This document shows, piece after piece, positions 24,410 to 37,071 of a DNA stretch of 64,000 nt (the stretch's first letter is position 1; each line of letters starts with the position of its first letter). The position numbers and the translations under genes were made by a program. The DNA is taken from contig NW_024704742.1 of assembly GCF_018977255.1 (NCBI RefSeq), positions 48,796,001-48,860,000 on the forward strand, written 5' to 3'. A model generated the notes under the pieces. The model was given only the letters and a program-made list of their open reading frames with translations. It had not been told where the DNA came from and searched no databases. The stretch comes from Callorhinchus milii. Taxonomy: Eukaryota.

Positions 24410-24990
24410 AGTACTTCACTACACTACTGCTAAAACCTTACCAACCCACCTAGCTGCTCTTTCCGCACAGCATGCTTCACGTCCCCCAACTGTTTTCTCC
24501 ACCATCGGAGATCAGATCTTCAGCCTTTCTGCCACGATCTTCTAGAACTCCTTCCTGGAGTGCCTCCCCCTCACCCTTTTCCTTGCCTCCTTCAAGGTCC
24601 GTATCAAGACCTTCCTCTTTGACCGTGACTTCAGTCATCTTCACCCCCACCAAAAACCTTGCCCTCCACTCCTCTTGAATCCTACAACAACAACTTGCAT
24701 TTATAGAGCAGGGCAGCGACTTGGAGCGCTTAACAGTAGTGGAGGCTGACGCCAAGCCATGGGGAATGAGATGACCGTAAACACGGTTGAAGAAGAAGGT
24801 CTTCAGTTAGGATCTAAAAGATTGGAAGGAAGGGGCAAGACGGAGGAATTGGGGAAGAGAGTTCCAAAGCTTTGGGATGTGGTGGCTGAAAGTGAACCCG
24901 AGCTCGGGTGCAAACCCTCAAATGTCCAGCTTCTTGGGAAGTCCTCCCTACATGAAAGGCGCCACAAAAATGCAATTTGTTGTTATTCTT
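24410..24990. mobile_element. Cluster of L2 3' fragments in both orientations
   Basis: Plus fragment ~24410-24680, minus fragment starting acaacaacaacttgcattta at ~24684, plus tail ending gcaatttgttgtt at ~24985. Confidence 0.6.
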
Positions 24991-25187
24991 GCACGCAAAA
25001 AAACTGGATGGAAATGAGATGTTCTCATTTATTCCATGTTTGTTGAAAAAAATCAATATTTTTATTTGTTACAGCAAAATTCTAATTTGTGTGCAGAAAA
25101 GACAACAAATCGGGTTTTGATTTTATCAGTAAATTTTCCTTCTGTAAGATCGATCTATTTATTCATGTTCTTGGTTTCTTACTTACT

Positions 25188-25551
25188 GGAGTTCTGTAGC
25201 TCAGTGGTTAGAGCACTCGCCTCGCAAGCAAGAGATCTGGGTTCTTTTCCCGGCAGGGCGAAATGTTTGGCAAGTTTCCTTATTCTACACGCCTCCGTTT
25301 ACTTAGCAGTAAGTAGGAACCCAGTTGATAGTCGATTGGCGAATCGCTTTTCTGTGAATAGTAATCCCTAAAAAAAACAAAAAAAATAATTTGGTCACTT
25401 CAATCCACAACTGTTTGTGGGACTTCAATTTGCCGTGTTTCGCCCACAAGTACACAGTCAATTCACTGTACAATATATTCTGTGAAGCGCTTTGAAACAT
25501 CCAGAAGACGTGAAAAGCGCTATATCAAATGCAAGGATTACTATTATTATT
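25188..25551 (+). mobile_element. tRNA-Ala-headed SINE, long variant
   Basis: Aligns by eye with 14282-14645. Confidence 0.9.
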
Positions 25552-25944
25552 CAGCTAGCCTCTCGCTGTACTTTCTCACAACTTTCCCCCATTCTCTGAC
25601 ATTCGCTCTTCTCCATAAACCTCCATTCTTCTTTACCAGCTCCTTTTGAGATATTATGTCCCCATTCTTACATAAATCAATTGGTGGTTTAATGTAGAAT
25701 AATACAGTTCCTTATTCTTGTTAAAATGTCAGCCTGATGGGTCAATTTGCCATTTACTTCATATTCAGAAACCTGAGATATATATGCCCGTTATTGAGTA
25801 AAAACATGGGTATGAATTGCTTCACTTATCCACTGCAGGCCAGATTTTCAACTAAATTGGCACAACTGCTATGCTTAGTGATAATGTTTCTCTGGAACAC
25901 ATAAACCCCTTTATGCTCCCTTCCATCCCCAGTACTTGTTAGCA

Positions 25945-26250
25945 CTTCGAATGAGATGTTAAACTGAGGTCTCGTCTGCCTGTTCAGGTTGATGTTAAAG
26001 AACCCATGACACTATTCGAAAAGAGAAGGGAGTCTCTCCTGGTGTCCTGGCTAATAATTCCCCCACCCACCCCCAATAAAATTTGTCACTCACTCCATGG
26101 CTGCTTACGGGAAATTGCTGTGCACAACTGGCTGCCATGTTTTGCTCACAAAATAGTCAGTGCACTTTACAGTACATCCTGTGAAGTGCTTTGAGATGTC
26201 TCAACAGCATTAAAGGCACTACATTCAAATGCAAAAATTATTATTGTTAT
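25945..26250 (+). mobile_element. 5'-truncated Deu-type SINE
   Basis: cttcgaatgagatgttaaactgaggtctcgtctgcctgttcagg… followed by the shared tail. Confidence 0.7.
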
Positions 26251-26777
26251 ATGTCATTGAAATTTTTGTGCAGAAGCAAGCGTTTTTGCAGAGCTCTGGG
26301 AGCCCATTTATGAGATTCTGGAGCAAGCAGTAAGGTGGATTTGTGGTAAAAATAAAAGACAAACTAAAGGAGCTTTGTCAGCTTCTCTTGACTGCCTCCC
26401 TCCCCATCCAGCCTCTGCATAGAATAAATTATCCCCTTCTAAGATTACTGACAACAGGATAAGCTGTGAGGCAATAGCATGTGCTAAAACAAGGTACAAA
26501 TGTAAGCCTTGTCTGCATTACTGAACAGTGAACTTTCCAATTTCAGTGTAACTGAAAATATTTAAGATGTGCACCAGAGGAGAAGAAAGCTAGGTTTCAT
26601 GGTGCCAGCCATTGTGTGAAGAAAGTATTCTCTGCTTTTATTTATTTTGCCAACAAAATACAGTCAATGCACTTTACCATTTGTCCCATGAAGCGCTTTG
26701 AGATGTCTCCCAATGTGAAAGGTACTGGATAGAATGTAAGGATTATTCTAAAATCCAAAAATGTTTATTTTACCTAG

Positions 26778-26935
26778 GACCTAGCTCGCTGGAAGAGTCG
26801 GAGAAGGAGTGCCTCCCAGGATCTTATCAAACGAAAGGAAGAGCGGGAATTTGTGGAAAAAATAATGAGTGGAGAGCAAAATTTATCTGACAGACGGAAG
26901 AGCATCAAAACATACAAGGAAATTGTAGAGGAAAA
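26778..26935 (+). CDS. LIMCH1: LIMCH1 coding exon (DUF4757 region), phase 0 to 2
   Basis: cctag|GAC…GAA AA|gtatg. Translates [52 protein letters not shown]. Confidence 0.95.
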
Positions 26936-28397
26936 GTATGTTCTTTGTCATTTTCATATTCTAAACATGTTTTATCAGTGGGCCTCGCTAGGTGGTGGTG
27001 ATCAGCAGTCAGTTGTATTGGGGTTGGAAAGAGCTTGAATGGGCAAACCACAATATAAATCTTGTGAGGATTACAGACTCAGCACCTCTGGACATATTAT
27101 GTGTCCATATATGTAACCGTGGTCACCGGTCTTCAAAAACCTTGCTCTGAGATGGTCTTGATTCACCTTTAAAGTTGATTTAAGATGGTGCAGTCTGAAA
27201 TGACAAGTGCTAAATGCACTGTGACAAAGATTCAAAGGCGCTGCGGCTTAACAGCTGCCGAGAATGGCCATTTTAATGAGGTCAAGGGGAGGTGTGCTGC
27301 CCGTGGTTGTTAGCACTGGGATAGGAGCTGAACTGGGAAAGGAGTCATTGTGATAATTGGCACATCACATACCAAGTTTTTTCACCTACAATATGTAATG
27401 TGTAAAAGGAAAACCGAGGGAATATAGTTATATTTAGTAGTTAAGCAATTTGTGTGATTGTTTTAAAATAGTTGATTTTTAGACAAGATAAAAAGGTAAC
27501 GGGGAAAGATGGGGGAGTTGGGATTAGAGTATATAAGTCTGGAGGAGAAGCTGGCACTAGCATAACTTGATGGGCCGAATTGCTTCTTCTGTGCTGTAAT
27601 TTCCATGAATCCAAAACATTGTATGAGAAGTTTCTAGGTATGAAGCTGATCTAAATTATTATGTGATCTGCAAACCTAATTATCCAGCTGTGTAAAGTGC
27701 TTTGAGACGTCCTCCTGACTTGAAAGGCTTTAGAAATATATTTTGCATTATATTGTACGTAGTGTTTTATAAAGGTGATGTGCCACTCCACTCAATTTAA
27801 CAACCCCAATGCAAACGGTAAGATGCACACTGTACTTTGCATTGCACTGCAAGATCACTGTTCTCTTGGTAGAACTGTCCACCAAGGGGAAGGCAGTGAG
27901 AGACTTCTTCATGAAGTTGTTTGCCAAATACGACCTGCTTTTTTATTAGATGCATCTCGTGCAATTTTAAAACTGTGTGGAGGAGAGGAGATTTAAAATG
28001 TTTCTCTTTTGTGCTGTCATTTATAATAATAATCCTTACATTTTCTAAAGTGTCTTTCACATGGGGAAAACATCTCAAAGTGCTTCCAGGTATTTACTAG
28101 TTGAGCGTAGTAACTGTGTACAGTAAACCTCACATAAGTCATATCAGTTGTGACCATACATTTAATATGACTTCTGCAAAGCATGAGTTATGTCAAACCT
28201 GCATAGAATATAAACTCTTGAATAGGACTTGGGCAGATGTACGATTTAGCCAATTATATGATTTATACAGATCAGACTTATGCAAGTTTTGCTGTATGTT
28301 GTAGGCGAACACTGGTCAATTTGTGATGAGTATTGTCCTACAAACAGCCATGAAGTGAATGACCAGTCAACTCTATCACTTTGTTTTGACTGTATAG

Positions 28398-28809
28398 AGA
28401 ACGCAGAGAGAATGAGCTTCAAGAGGAGTACAAGAAAGCAAGAAACCCTGAAGAAGCTCAAGCCATTCTGAAACGATACTCTCAGAGATTTATCATCAGC
28501 GAAGCTGTTCTGGAAAGCTTGCAGTTGCCAAAATGCCTGGAGAGAAGCCAGTCTGTAGATTCGGACTCTTCATCCTCACCAACAAAAGATACTAATGTAC
28601 TCAAGTACTTACGGCAACAGTCTCTGCCGGCCCAAAAATATACTGCCACAGTCGAAGCAATGATCATTCCCCCCAGCCAATCGCAGCTGAATTTTTCCAC
28701 AGGGTTAACATCTCCGACCAGAACTGTTGCCTCAAAGGCAGTGCCTATGTTAACTCCCAAGCCTTATTCACAACCAAAAGATTCACAGACGGTGTTGAAA
28801 TCATTTAAG
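28398..28809 (+). CDS. LIMCH1: LIMCH1 coding exon, phase 2 to 0
   Basis: tatag|A GAA CGC…TTT AAG|gtagg. Translates ERRENELQEEYKKARNPEEAQAILKRYSQRFIISEAVLE…YLRQQSLP…VPMLTPKPYSQPKDSQTVLKSFK. Confidence 0.95.
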
Positions 28810-29331
28810 GTAGGAAAAAAATACCCATGTAACTTTACAGTCATCAGGCTTTATCTCATGGTCTGGGCTGGATTAGCACCCAGGCCCGACTGTGTACCCA
28901 AAGCCCCAACTATTTTAAATTTACGAAGAGGAAATAAAAACTTAAATATTGTATAATAGCTTGGCTGTCTCCACCTCAGAGGACCATGTAGCAAAAGGCA
29001 CTTGCGGAAGCAATGAACCTATCAGATAACTAAGTGAATGAAATGATTGCCTCTTTTGCTGAAAAAGCTACTTAAGAGTCATTCATATTTGGCCCTGAAT
29101 AAGTGTTATTTTATTTACATTTGGTTTTAACATATCATGTTTTGTAATTCACATTTTTACGAGAATTGTATATTTTCTTGAGGTTACATTCAATAAGGTA
29201 CAGATTTCAAATTTGCAATTTGTAGGATACTCGTTTCTGATTTGATGACCTTGCAAAAACTTCAGAGTGTTGTTTCACAGATCTGGGGTGAGGGGAACTG
29301 ACGATCTAATCTTAATTCTTTTTCTTTGTAG

Positions 29332-29571
29332 GTAGACGGAAAAATTAAGATGAATGGAGAAACCAGCCCGACATTTACCAGAGTTGAAGGGAAAGAATGC
29401 ACATCTGTGGTTTCTGCTCTATCCCTTACCAAATCACAGATGTTTGAAGGTGTAACACAAGTGGACTGCCACCCATTAATATCACAGACTGATGATGGCA
29501 AGCTTGCGGCCAGACCTGAACTTGTGAATTGTCTTTCAGTCAACAACAAGGAGAATAAAGCTACAGAGAAG
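29332..29571 (+). CDS. LIMCH1: LIMCH1 coding exon, phase 0-0
   Basis: tttgtag|GTA GAC GGA…GAG AAG|gtaatg. Translates VDGKIKMNGETSP…SLTKSQMFEGV…. Confidence 0.9.
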
Positions 29572-30807
29572 GTAATGCTGGAATTTAATAACAAGCGGCT
29601 CCTGTCAGAATGCTTTGCCTTAGTCCCTTTGGCACCACTCTTAAGATCTGGCCTTGCTGATCTTCTAATCAAGGATCCTTTATGTTGCCAGGTTTAAGAA
29701 AAGGATAAATACTGTGATGTGAATTCAGCTGTTTGTAACAGTTTGGGGTCATGACTACATTCATGAACCAATGGCACATTTCTGGTCCAAAGCTTCAAAC
29801 CCTTCAAACTCAATTGGAAAGCTGTCATCATTTATTTACTGTAAACAACATCCGTTGACAGCGGGTAGCTGCCAAATGATGTCAGTCTCACAATGTGTTT
29901 GTGCATGTTGTTTAAGGAGCATTACTTTACAGTAAAGTAACGTACAGTAATGCTTCGAGACATCCTCCTGATGTGAAAGGCACTGTTTCAGTTGCAAAGA
30001 TTATTACAACAACTTGGCTTTATATAGCACCCTTCATGCACGATAGCTTCTCGGTGCGAAAAATTGGGATTAATTAATCCTGCTGAGGAAGAGAGAGAGA
30101 GAGCACAGCTATTAGAATTATTAGGCCTAGAAATACACATTCACTGCATTTCACAGAAACTTTGTGAAGTGTTTTGAGATGCCCTGTCTAGGTGCTATAT
30201 CTAATACAAAGTGCGAAATGCAAAGCTTACCATTTTAACTAGGATTGTTTTTTGTTGAGTTAAACTTCATTTCCATTAACTGGCACTTCAATGCTGCGGA
30301 TCACTAAGTGATGGTTTGGGCTTGGACAACGTGATGGAGTATGTGGATAAATGAACACCACAGGCTGTAACTTTCACCCCATTATGTTCAGGCTGAAACT
30401 TTTTTATATAGCACATGATGTTCTTAATTCTTCATCCAAATTTTTTGAGAGTTATTTGATGCAATAGCGAATTCTCTTGTATCTGCTACTCTGTGGGGAA
30501 TTTATTTCCTTATCTCTAGTCCTAGCTACAATATAACTTTTTAATTTCAAACATAGCATTTCATTCTACTCTCACTGTGTAAGCCAAATATCCTACTCGC
30601 ATCACAGCATTTTAAAGATCTTTATCAGGTCACCCCCTCACACTCCCTGTGTGTTTTTTCTAATGAAAACACATTTGATCTTCACGGTAACTTTATTCTG
30701 TAACTGATCACTCCTTGTGTGTGCACATTATGTACTTTCATTGTGGTGGAGATGTTTTGAGTTATGTTGGAATTTCTCACCACTAATCTGTGGCTGCTTT
30801 CCTCTAG

Positions 30808-30931
30808 GAGGGCACTGAGACGTCAGTCAGTATTGCCATCACGCAAAAGATAAGCACAGAGGAGAAATCTGACTCGAACTTGTCCTGTAATGAGATTGAA
30901 AGACAGATTGCAGTGGACGCAGCACAAGAAG
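30808..30931 (+). CDS. LIMCH1: LIMCH1 coding exon (low-conservation linker), phase 0 to 1
   Basis: cctctag|GAG GGC…GAA G|gtatga. Open frame EGTETSVSIAITQKISTEEKSDSNLSCNEIERQIAVDAAQE. Confidence 0.75.
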
Positions 30932-31430
30932 GTATGAGGCTTATTTTCAAACAATCGTAAAGAAGCTTCTAAGTCAGCGTGCCCTGATGTGATATTGTAC
31001 AAGTTTGGACTTTCTTCAATTAACTGTTTTCAGAACAAATTGCTTTGCTTCTATAAGACATTTTTCACATGTTTGTATTTTAAATTAGATCTTGGAATTT
31101 GTTTGAAAGTACTAGAGAAACAATTTTGTTTGGGGTTTCTATAAATGTGCATCTGATTGTGTTACCGACATGCATATGTGCTTGCGTAATGTTGGTCATC
31201 ATGACAAACTAGTGATTATTCGCCTTGGAAGGGACGTAAGTAGGGTTTCCTTGGAGATGAGCTGTCACTCTTCTGTGGTGGTCTTGGTTGTCTAACTCGC
31301 CAACCTGCATCTAGTATTTTACACTATGAGTGGGGGATGGGGGTGGATCATCCCTGCAGGAAAAGAGTGTGCATTCCATCCCAGACACAGAGACATTTTC
31401 ATGCTTAAGTTGCATACATATGTGAAGCTG

Positions 31431-31612
31431 TCAGTCTGAGTTGGATACTCTTAAGCATGGTGATTGGTTCCCGCAGATGTCAGACAGCCGTCTGACCAAA
31501 AAAATCCATTCCTATTTGCCAATGATCTCGATTTTTCTTTTTGATCAGCCCAGTGTCTGACACACGAGGAAACCTATCATTATACTTAAGAGTATCCGAA
31601 CCAAACTACTGA
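31431..31612. repeat. Long imperfect inverted repeat (MITE-like foldback)
   Basis: ggatactcttaag pairs with cttaagagtatcc, tgtcagaca with tgtctgaca, tgaccaaaaa with tttttgatca; arms ~70 bp. Confidence 0.8.
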
Positions 31613-31965
31613 TTATTTAAAGGGAATTTTCTGCCCAACAATCCTGCAGATAAAATTGGTCATTTTACTTCATCGCTGTTTGTGGCACATTGTTATGCTG
31701 CTGTGTTGACCTACAAAATACACAGTCACTACAAAGCGCTTTAAGACTCCTACAGATATGAAAGACTCTTATCAAATACAAGGATGTTTTACTGAGATTT
31801 CATGGATTGAAATGTCTTCCCAAGGAAGGAACTGTCAGTTAAGGCAAGGACCTAAATGGAGCCTGGATCTATGAAACTGACAAATGAAAGATAAAGGCAT
31901 TGGAAAGACTTGGTTGTTCTGAAAGACAAACTCATTTAGGTTTAAACAATTTTACTTCATGGCAG

Positions 31966-32141
31966 ATTGTAAGGAAGACCATCGATGTTATTCAGAAACA
32001 TCAACTCCACATGATGTGTTTTCAAGCAATTTGGATCCAAAGAATGCAATTGTGACTGAAGGGGTCACTGATAAAAGTGTCTCCTTAAATCATGAAGGGG
32101 AAGAGCCCAGGGAGAGTGCACAGAAGTGGCATGTACAAGAG
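31966..32141 (+). CDS. LIMCH1: LIMCH1 probable linker exon, phase 1 to 0
   Basis: ggcag|AT TGT…CAA GAG|gtaaat. Open frame DCKEDHRCYSETSTPH…QE. The 3' phase does not match the next exon (see findings). Confidence 0.6.
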
Positions 32142-32231
32142 GTAAATACAGATTCACAATCACAATAGAGGATTGGACGAGGAAGTCCCTTTGCCCCATT
32201 TTATTTCATCCTTCCAGAATACCCTGTTATA

Positions 32232-32388
32232 ATAATGACTGTTTGTGGGACACTGCTGTGCACAATTGGCTGTCACATTTCGCTCACAAAATATACAGTC
32301 ATATCACTTTACAGTATATTCTGTGATGCGCTTTAAGACGTCTTGAAGACGTGATAAGGAGTTAAATCAAATGCAAGTATTATTATTA
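32232..32388 (+). mobile_element. SINE 3' half
   Basis: gactgtttgtgggacactgctgtgcacaattggctg… to tail; flanked by minus-strand CR1 remnants. Confidence 0.75.
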
Positions 32389-32666
32389 CCCATTTTTATC
32401 TTTTTCCCATTACAGATTCAAGCTGTTTCCTAAGTGATTTGGTCTTTACCATCCTTCCTGAAAACCCACCTCCAGCAGTTAATCACCCTCTGAAACACTT
32501 TCTAGTGTCTGTATTGCGATTGCCTCGTGATATTTAACATGTACCCCATTATGCTGCTGCCCTGGGAAAGCTAAAAATATTCTTTTGGGTGTACTTTCAT
32601 TATCCCATTTATCATCTTATGTACCCTGTACACAAGATGTACAGGATACATAAGATGAACCCTCGT

Positions 32667-32980
32667 GGAGTCCTGTAGCTCAGTGGTTAGAGCACTCGCT
32701 TTGCAAGCGAGAGACCTGAGTTCAATTCTAGGCAGAGCGAAACCTTGGGCAAATTTTCTTACTCCACACGCCTAATAATAATCCCTCCAAAACCAAAAAC
32801 AATAATAAATTGGTCATTTTCAATCCATGACTGTTTGTGGGACATTGCTGTGCGCAATTGGCTGCCGCGTTCGCCCACAAATATACAGTCAATTCACTTT
32901 ACAGTGTGTTCTGTGAAGCGCTTTGGGACGTCCTCCCGACGTGAAAAGCGCTATATCAAATGCAAGGATTATTATTATTA
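32667..32980 (+). mobile_element. tRNA-Ala-headed SINE, short variant, full length
   Basis: A box (tagctcagtgg), B box (gttcaattc), body, tail gggacgtcctcccgacgtgaaaagcgctatatcaaatgcaagga(tta)n. Confidence 0.92.
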
Positions 32981-32984
32981 AGAT

Positions 32985-33314
32985 GGTGTCTTAGCTTAGT
33001 GGTTGGAGCACTCGCCTTGCAAGCGAGAGACTGGGGTTCGATTCCCAGCAGGGCGATATGTTGGACAAGTTTCCTGACTCCACATGACCTAGCAGTAAGT
33101 AGGAACCGGATTTTTAGTTGATTGGCGGATCGCTTTTCTGAGGGTAATAATTCCTTCAAAAAAAATAATAATAATTGGTCACTTCACTGCATGACTCGCC
33201 ACGTTTCGCCCACAAAATATACAGTCAATTCACTTTATAGTATATTCTGTGATGAGCTTTGAGACATCTCGAAGACATGATAAGGAGCTATATCAAATGC
33301 AAGGATTATTATTA
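32985..33314 (+). mobile_element. tRNA-Ala-headed SINE, long variant, in tandem with the previous copy
   Basis: Starts 4 nt after the previous tail; has the internal module and a deletion in the body. Confidence 0.88.
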
Positions 33315-33628
33315 CCCCTAAAAGGTTTCCTCGGTCACGTTTTTTTAAGGCTGAAGAGGCTTAGATTATCCAGCCAGACTTAGATTATTCAGATGAAGTC
33401 CCTGATTTCAAAAGCTGTTTATTAAAATTTCTGGTTGTGTTGCAATAAGATATTTTCTTAAATAAGGGAAAACTTGCAGATTTTTGTTGGGGTTTTCCAA
33501 ATTCCAGTTTTGTTTCTCCAGACTAACTCGTTGCAGAGCAATGCATTTTTTATGAGCAGAAAGCCAACCTTATCTGATGAAGCTTATAAGACAGCTCGAG
33601 GTTATTCATTGTGTTTTAAACAAAACAG

Positions 33629-33757
33629 ATGTTGAACCAGGGATACTTCAACAAGATAAAGCAGGTGATGCGCTGGACTCAGCTCAGAGAATAAAAAATC
33701 CTGACAGTGAACTGGACGACAAGAACCATCAGCCTGCAGATGTTGCTGAACTTCAAG
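33629..33757 (+). CDS. LIMCH1: LIMCH1 probable linker exon, phase 1-1 (5' boundary uncertain)
   Basis: aaacag|AT GTT…CAA G|gtgagg. Open frame DVEPGILQQDKAGDALDSAQRIKNPDSELDDKNHQPADVAELQ. Confidence 0.55.
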
Positions 33758-35538
33758 GTGAGGCACAATGAAGCACAGAGAAGAGAAGTTGTTGAGATAA
33801 TTACTACAGTCTTCATTCCATCCAAGGGATAAAAAATTAACGGTGTGTTCCTATGGATGCAGTGTACTTTGTTCAAAAATATTGCTTTGATTTTAAAAAC
33901 ATTCTACGCTCATCCATGCACTGTTGCAGGCATCCTTACTCCAATGTGTCCAGTAACCTGACTGAAAGGTGACAATACTCCTTCATCTGGGAGGCTGGCA
34001 CATTCAATAGAAAGGCCTGACCTTTGAATCATTGGCCAACCCGGTTGAATGAAAGTTCTCTGCCACTTATTATATGTATTACTCACTTAAAAATAACAGT
34101 TGCAAACATAAAAATCTAAGCAATATATGATCCCTGGATCCTTGGTCGATAGCGTTTGCTGAGGTTTGTGGTATTTGAACAGTCATAGAATTCAGTTTGG
34201 GAAATGAAATTGTCACAGGTGCCCCACACTTGAAGTGCTCATGAATTATACAGGAATGATTGGGAAATGATTATCTAGAAAGTTACAGCACAGAAATAGG
34301 CTGTTTGGCCTAATTAGTTTGTATGGTGTGGTTATACAAGGTTGGGCGAGGGGTTTCCACCCCTTCTCATTATCCCTCTGTTCCCACTGGATGATAGGTA
34401 TATTTTATCAATGTGGATTTTATATATTTTTTGCTGAAAGTAATTTCATAAAAAGGTAAGCAATTTTGCTGCAACATTTGTTTTCACAATTCACAGGGAT
34501 TTACACCATTAAACAGTCCTTATTTCAGTGACAAACACCATTTTTATGTGCTTCATGCGTGAATTGAAAGCTGTTAGCATTCACATTATAATTCAGGGAT
34601 AAGGACAATTACATCCTTAATTCAGTGCACTTAAATTAAATCACAGGAAAGTGTTATTTTAAATATGCAGAAGATCAATCCTGTGTTACTTACGTGACAA
34701 GTATCACAATTGTAGAATGAAGGACAATTTTTACAACATCTAATTGTCTCAACTACAGTATATTTAAGGAAGATTTAAAAATACCCTTTTTCAGATAATG
34801 ACCTGTTCACAGCTTTAGCTAGGAATTGGAGATTTTCTTTAGATAGTCTACACATTACAAACTATATAGCTGATAACCATCAGTCCTTGAACTGTCTCTC
34901 CATAGAGAGACAAGAGACGAGTATTTTTCTTCTGAAATCTCATGTTATAGATCACGTTTCTTTATAGTTATCAATGATAACTATAATTATGGTTCCAGAG
35001 AGATAACAGTGGGAAAATTGTAGTTATCAATGATATTTTAGCCAACAGTCTTCCAGATTAAAAATGTAATTCACTTCAGGGCATTTGTGTGACAATAACA
35101 ACTTGCACTTATATAGCACACTCCACCACACAGATTAGCGTCTCAGAGCACTTAATTAAATGAATGTAACAAACTTTGAATTGCTTTAAGTGCATGGATT
35201 TTCTAAGCTTCACTGATTACGCTTAAAGATCCATTATCTGTTTGTGTGACATTACTGTGTGCAAGTTGGCTGCCGCAACTGTCTGCAAAAGCACAGTCAT
35301 TACACTTTATAGAAAACTCTGAAGTGCTTTGAGGCATTTTAATACATCAAATGCCTGGTTTATTCTATTAATAGCAATTTAAAAATATTTCAAATAATGA
35401 GATTTATGTTACTTGTGCTATTTTTCATGACACGTTAATTGTATTGTAACCGACTGAATGGTACTTAGAATTTCAGTTCACCAGAGTGAATAGATATGAT
35501 GCTGATTATTTTTTACCTTTTCCCCCCCATCTTCATTT

Positions 35539-35851
35539 GTCCTATAGCTCAGTGGTTAGAGTACTCGCCTTGCAAGCGAGACACCTGGGTTCAATTCTAG
35601 GCAGGGCGAAACCTTGGGCAAATTTCCTTACTCCGCACGCCTAATAATAATCCCTCCAAAGCAAAAACAATAGTAAATTGGTCATTTTCAATCCATGACT
35701 GTTTGTGGGACACTGCTGTGCGCAATTGGCTGCCGCGTTTTGCCCACAAATATACCGTCAATTCACTTTACAGCATATTCTGTGAAGCGCTTTGAGACGT
35801 CGAGAAGACGTGAAAAGCGTTATATCAAAATGCAAGGATTATTATTATTAT
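35539..35851 (+). mobile_element. tRNA-Ala-headed SINE, short variant
   Basis: Highly similar to 32667-32980. Confidence 0.92.
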
Positions 35852-35965
35852 GATTGATACAAGCTAAGGTTCCATGAATACTGTAAGGCTCTTATATCTC
35901 CCCAATTGTCCAGTCTCTAAGTGTGACCCAAGAAAGTGAGTTTCATCAGGTTATCAGACCATGGG

Positions 35966-36001
35966 AGATTTGTGCTTAACTGTGGTGTTAAGCACAAATC
36001 T
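35966..36001. repeat. Perfect 15-bp hairpin with 6-nt loop
   Basis: agatttgtgcttaac-tgtggt-gttaagcacaaatct. Confidence 0.9.
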
Positions 36002-36695
36002 GTCCACATTCAATATAGTTTCCATGAGGAATAATGGATTGTGAAGCAGAGTGGGGATTCTAGTTTATTTCTATTCTAAACTCTAACAAATTGTAGCAGT
36101 CTTCTCAGTGGCGTGGTTTAGAACAGCCAACTCACTGCAGACGAGCAGTAACGGATCTTCCTGCAATTATTATAGTAAGAGCAGGATAGTTACAAATCCA
36201 ACCTACTAGAAGATTGAACAAGGTGGATGCATAAGAAATTACTTCTGAAAACCTGGAACAATAAAAGGCCGTTCTGCCCATTAAGGCTGCTCCCTCCACA
36301 CCTCCTGCATGACTAGCCTAGCTTTGCACCCTCCTTGGTTCATCTCCAATTTCAAGGTAACTGTGCATTATATTAAGTGAAATGTGATGTGTAAACCGTG
36401 CTTCGGGCATTATTTTACATCCCAATATAAGAATCCTTAGTCAGTGGTGTGATTTACAATGTATTTATTAAATATTGAACACCAAATAAGAGGCTGAATT
36501 GGGTAAAGTTTTGCACTGGATTTAGGTATTTAATAATGGAGTCTAATTTGTAGTCTGGGCTAACAACCCATGGGGGAACATTTGTCGATTCAATTACCCA
36601 TGTGCAAACACATACAGGTCTCCCTAATTATGTGACTAACAACTAATGAAAAGAATTATAGAATCACCTGAATTCTTTGCATTAACTGTTAATAT

Positions 36696-37071
36696 GGAGA
36701 CCTGTAGCTCAGTGGTTAGAGCCCTCGCCTCGCCAACGAGAGAGATGCCCGGGCAGGGCGAAAGGTTGGGCAAGTTTCCTAACTCCACACACTTCTGCTT
36801 ACCTAGCAGTAAGCAGAAATTCGGTTGTTAGTTGATTGGCGGATCGCTTTTCCAGGGGTAATAATCCCTACAAATAAATAATTTTTAAAAAAAATATTAT
36901 TTGGTCACTCAATCTATGACTGTTGGTGGAACACTGCTGTGTCCAATTGGCTCCATAGTTTCAACCATAAATTATACAGTCAATTCACTTTACAGTATAT
37001 TCCGTGAAGCGCTTTGAGATGTCTTGAAGATGTGATAAGGCGCTATATCAAATGCAAGGATTATTATTATT
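36696..37071 (+). mobile_element. tRNA-Ala-headed SINE, long variant, B box deleted
   Basis: ggagacctgtagctcagtggttagagc… with internal module and tail. Confidence 0.88.

Noticed and set aside
32667..32741. Genuine tRNA-Ala genes (also at 2549, 7370, 25188, 35539)
   Set aside because: Each continues directly into a shared SINE body and tail, and individual copies have stem-breaking mutations; they are SINE heads.
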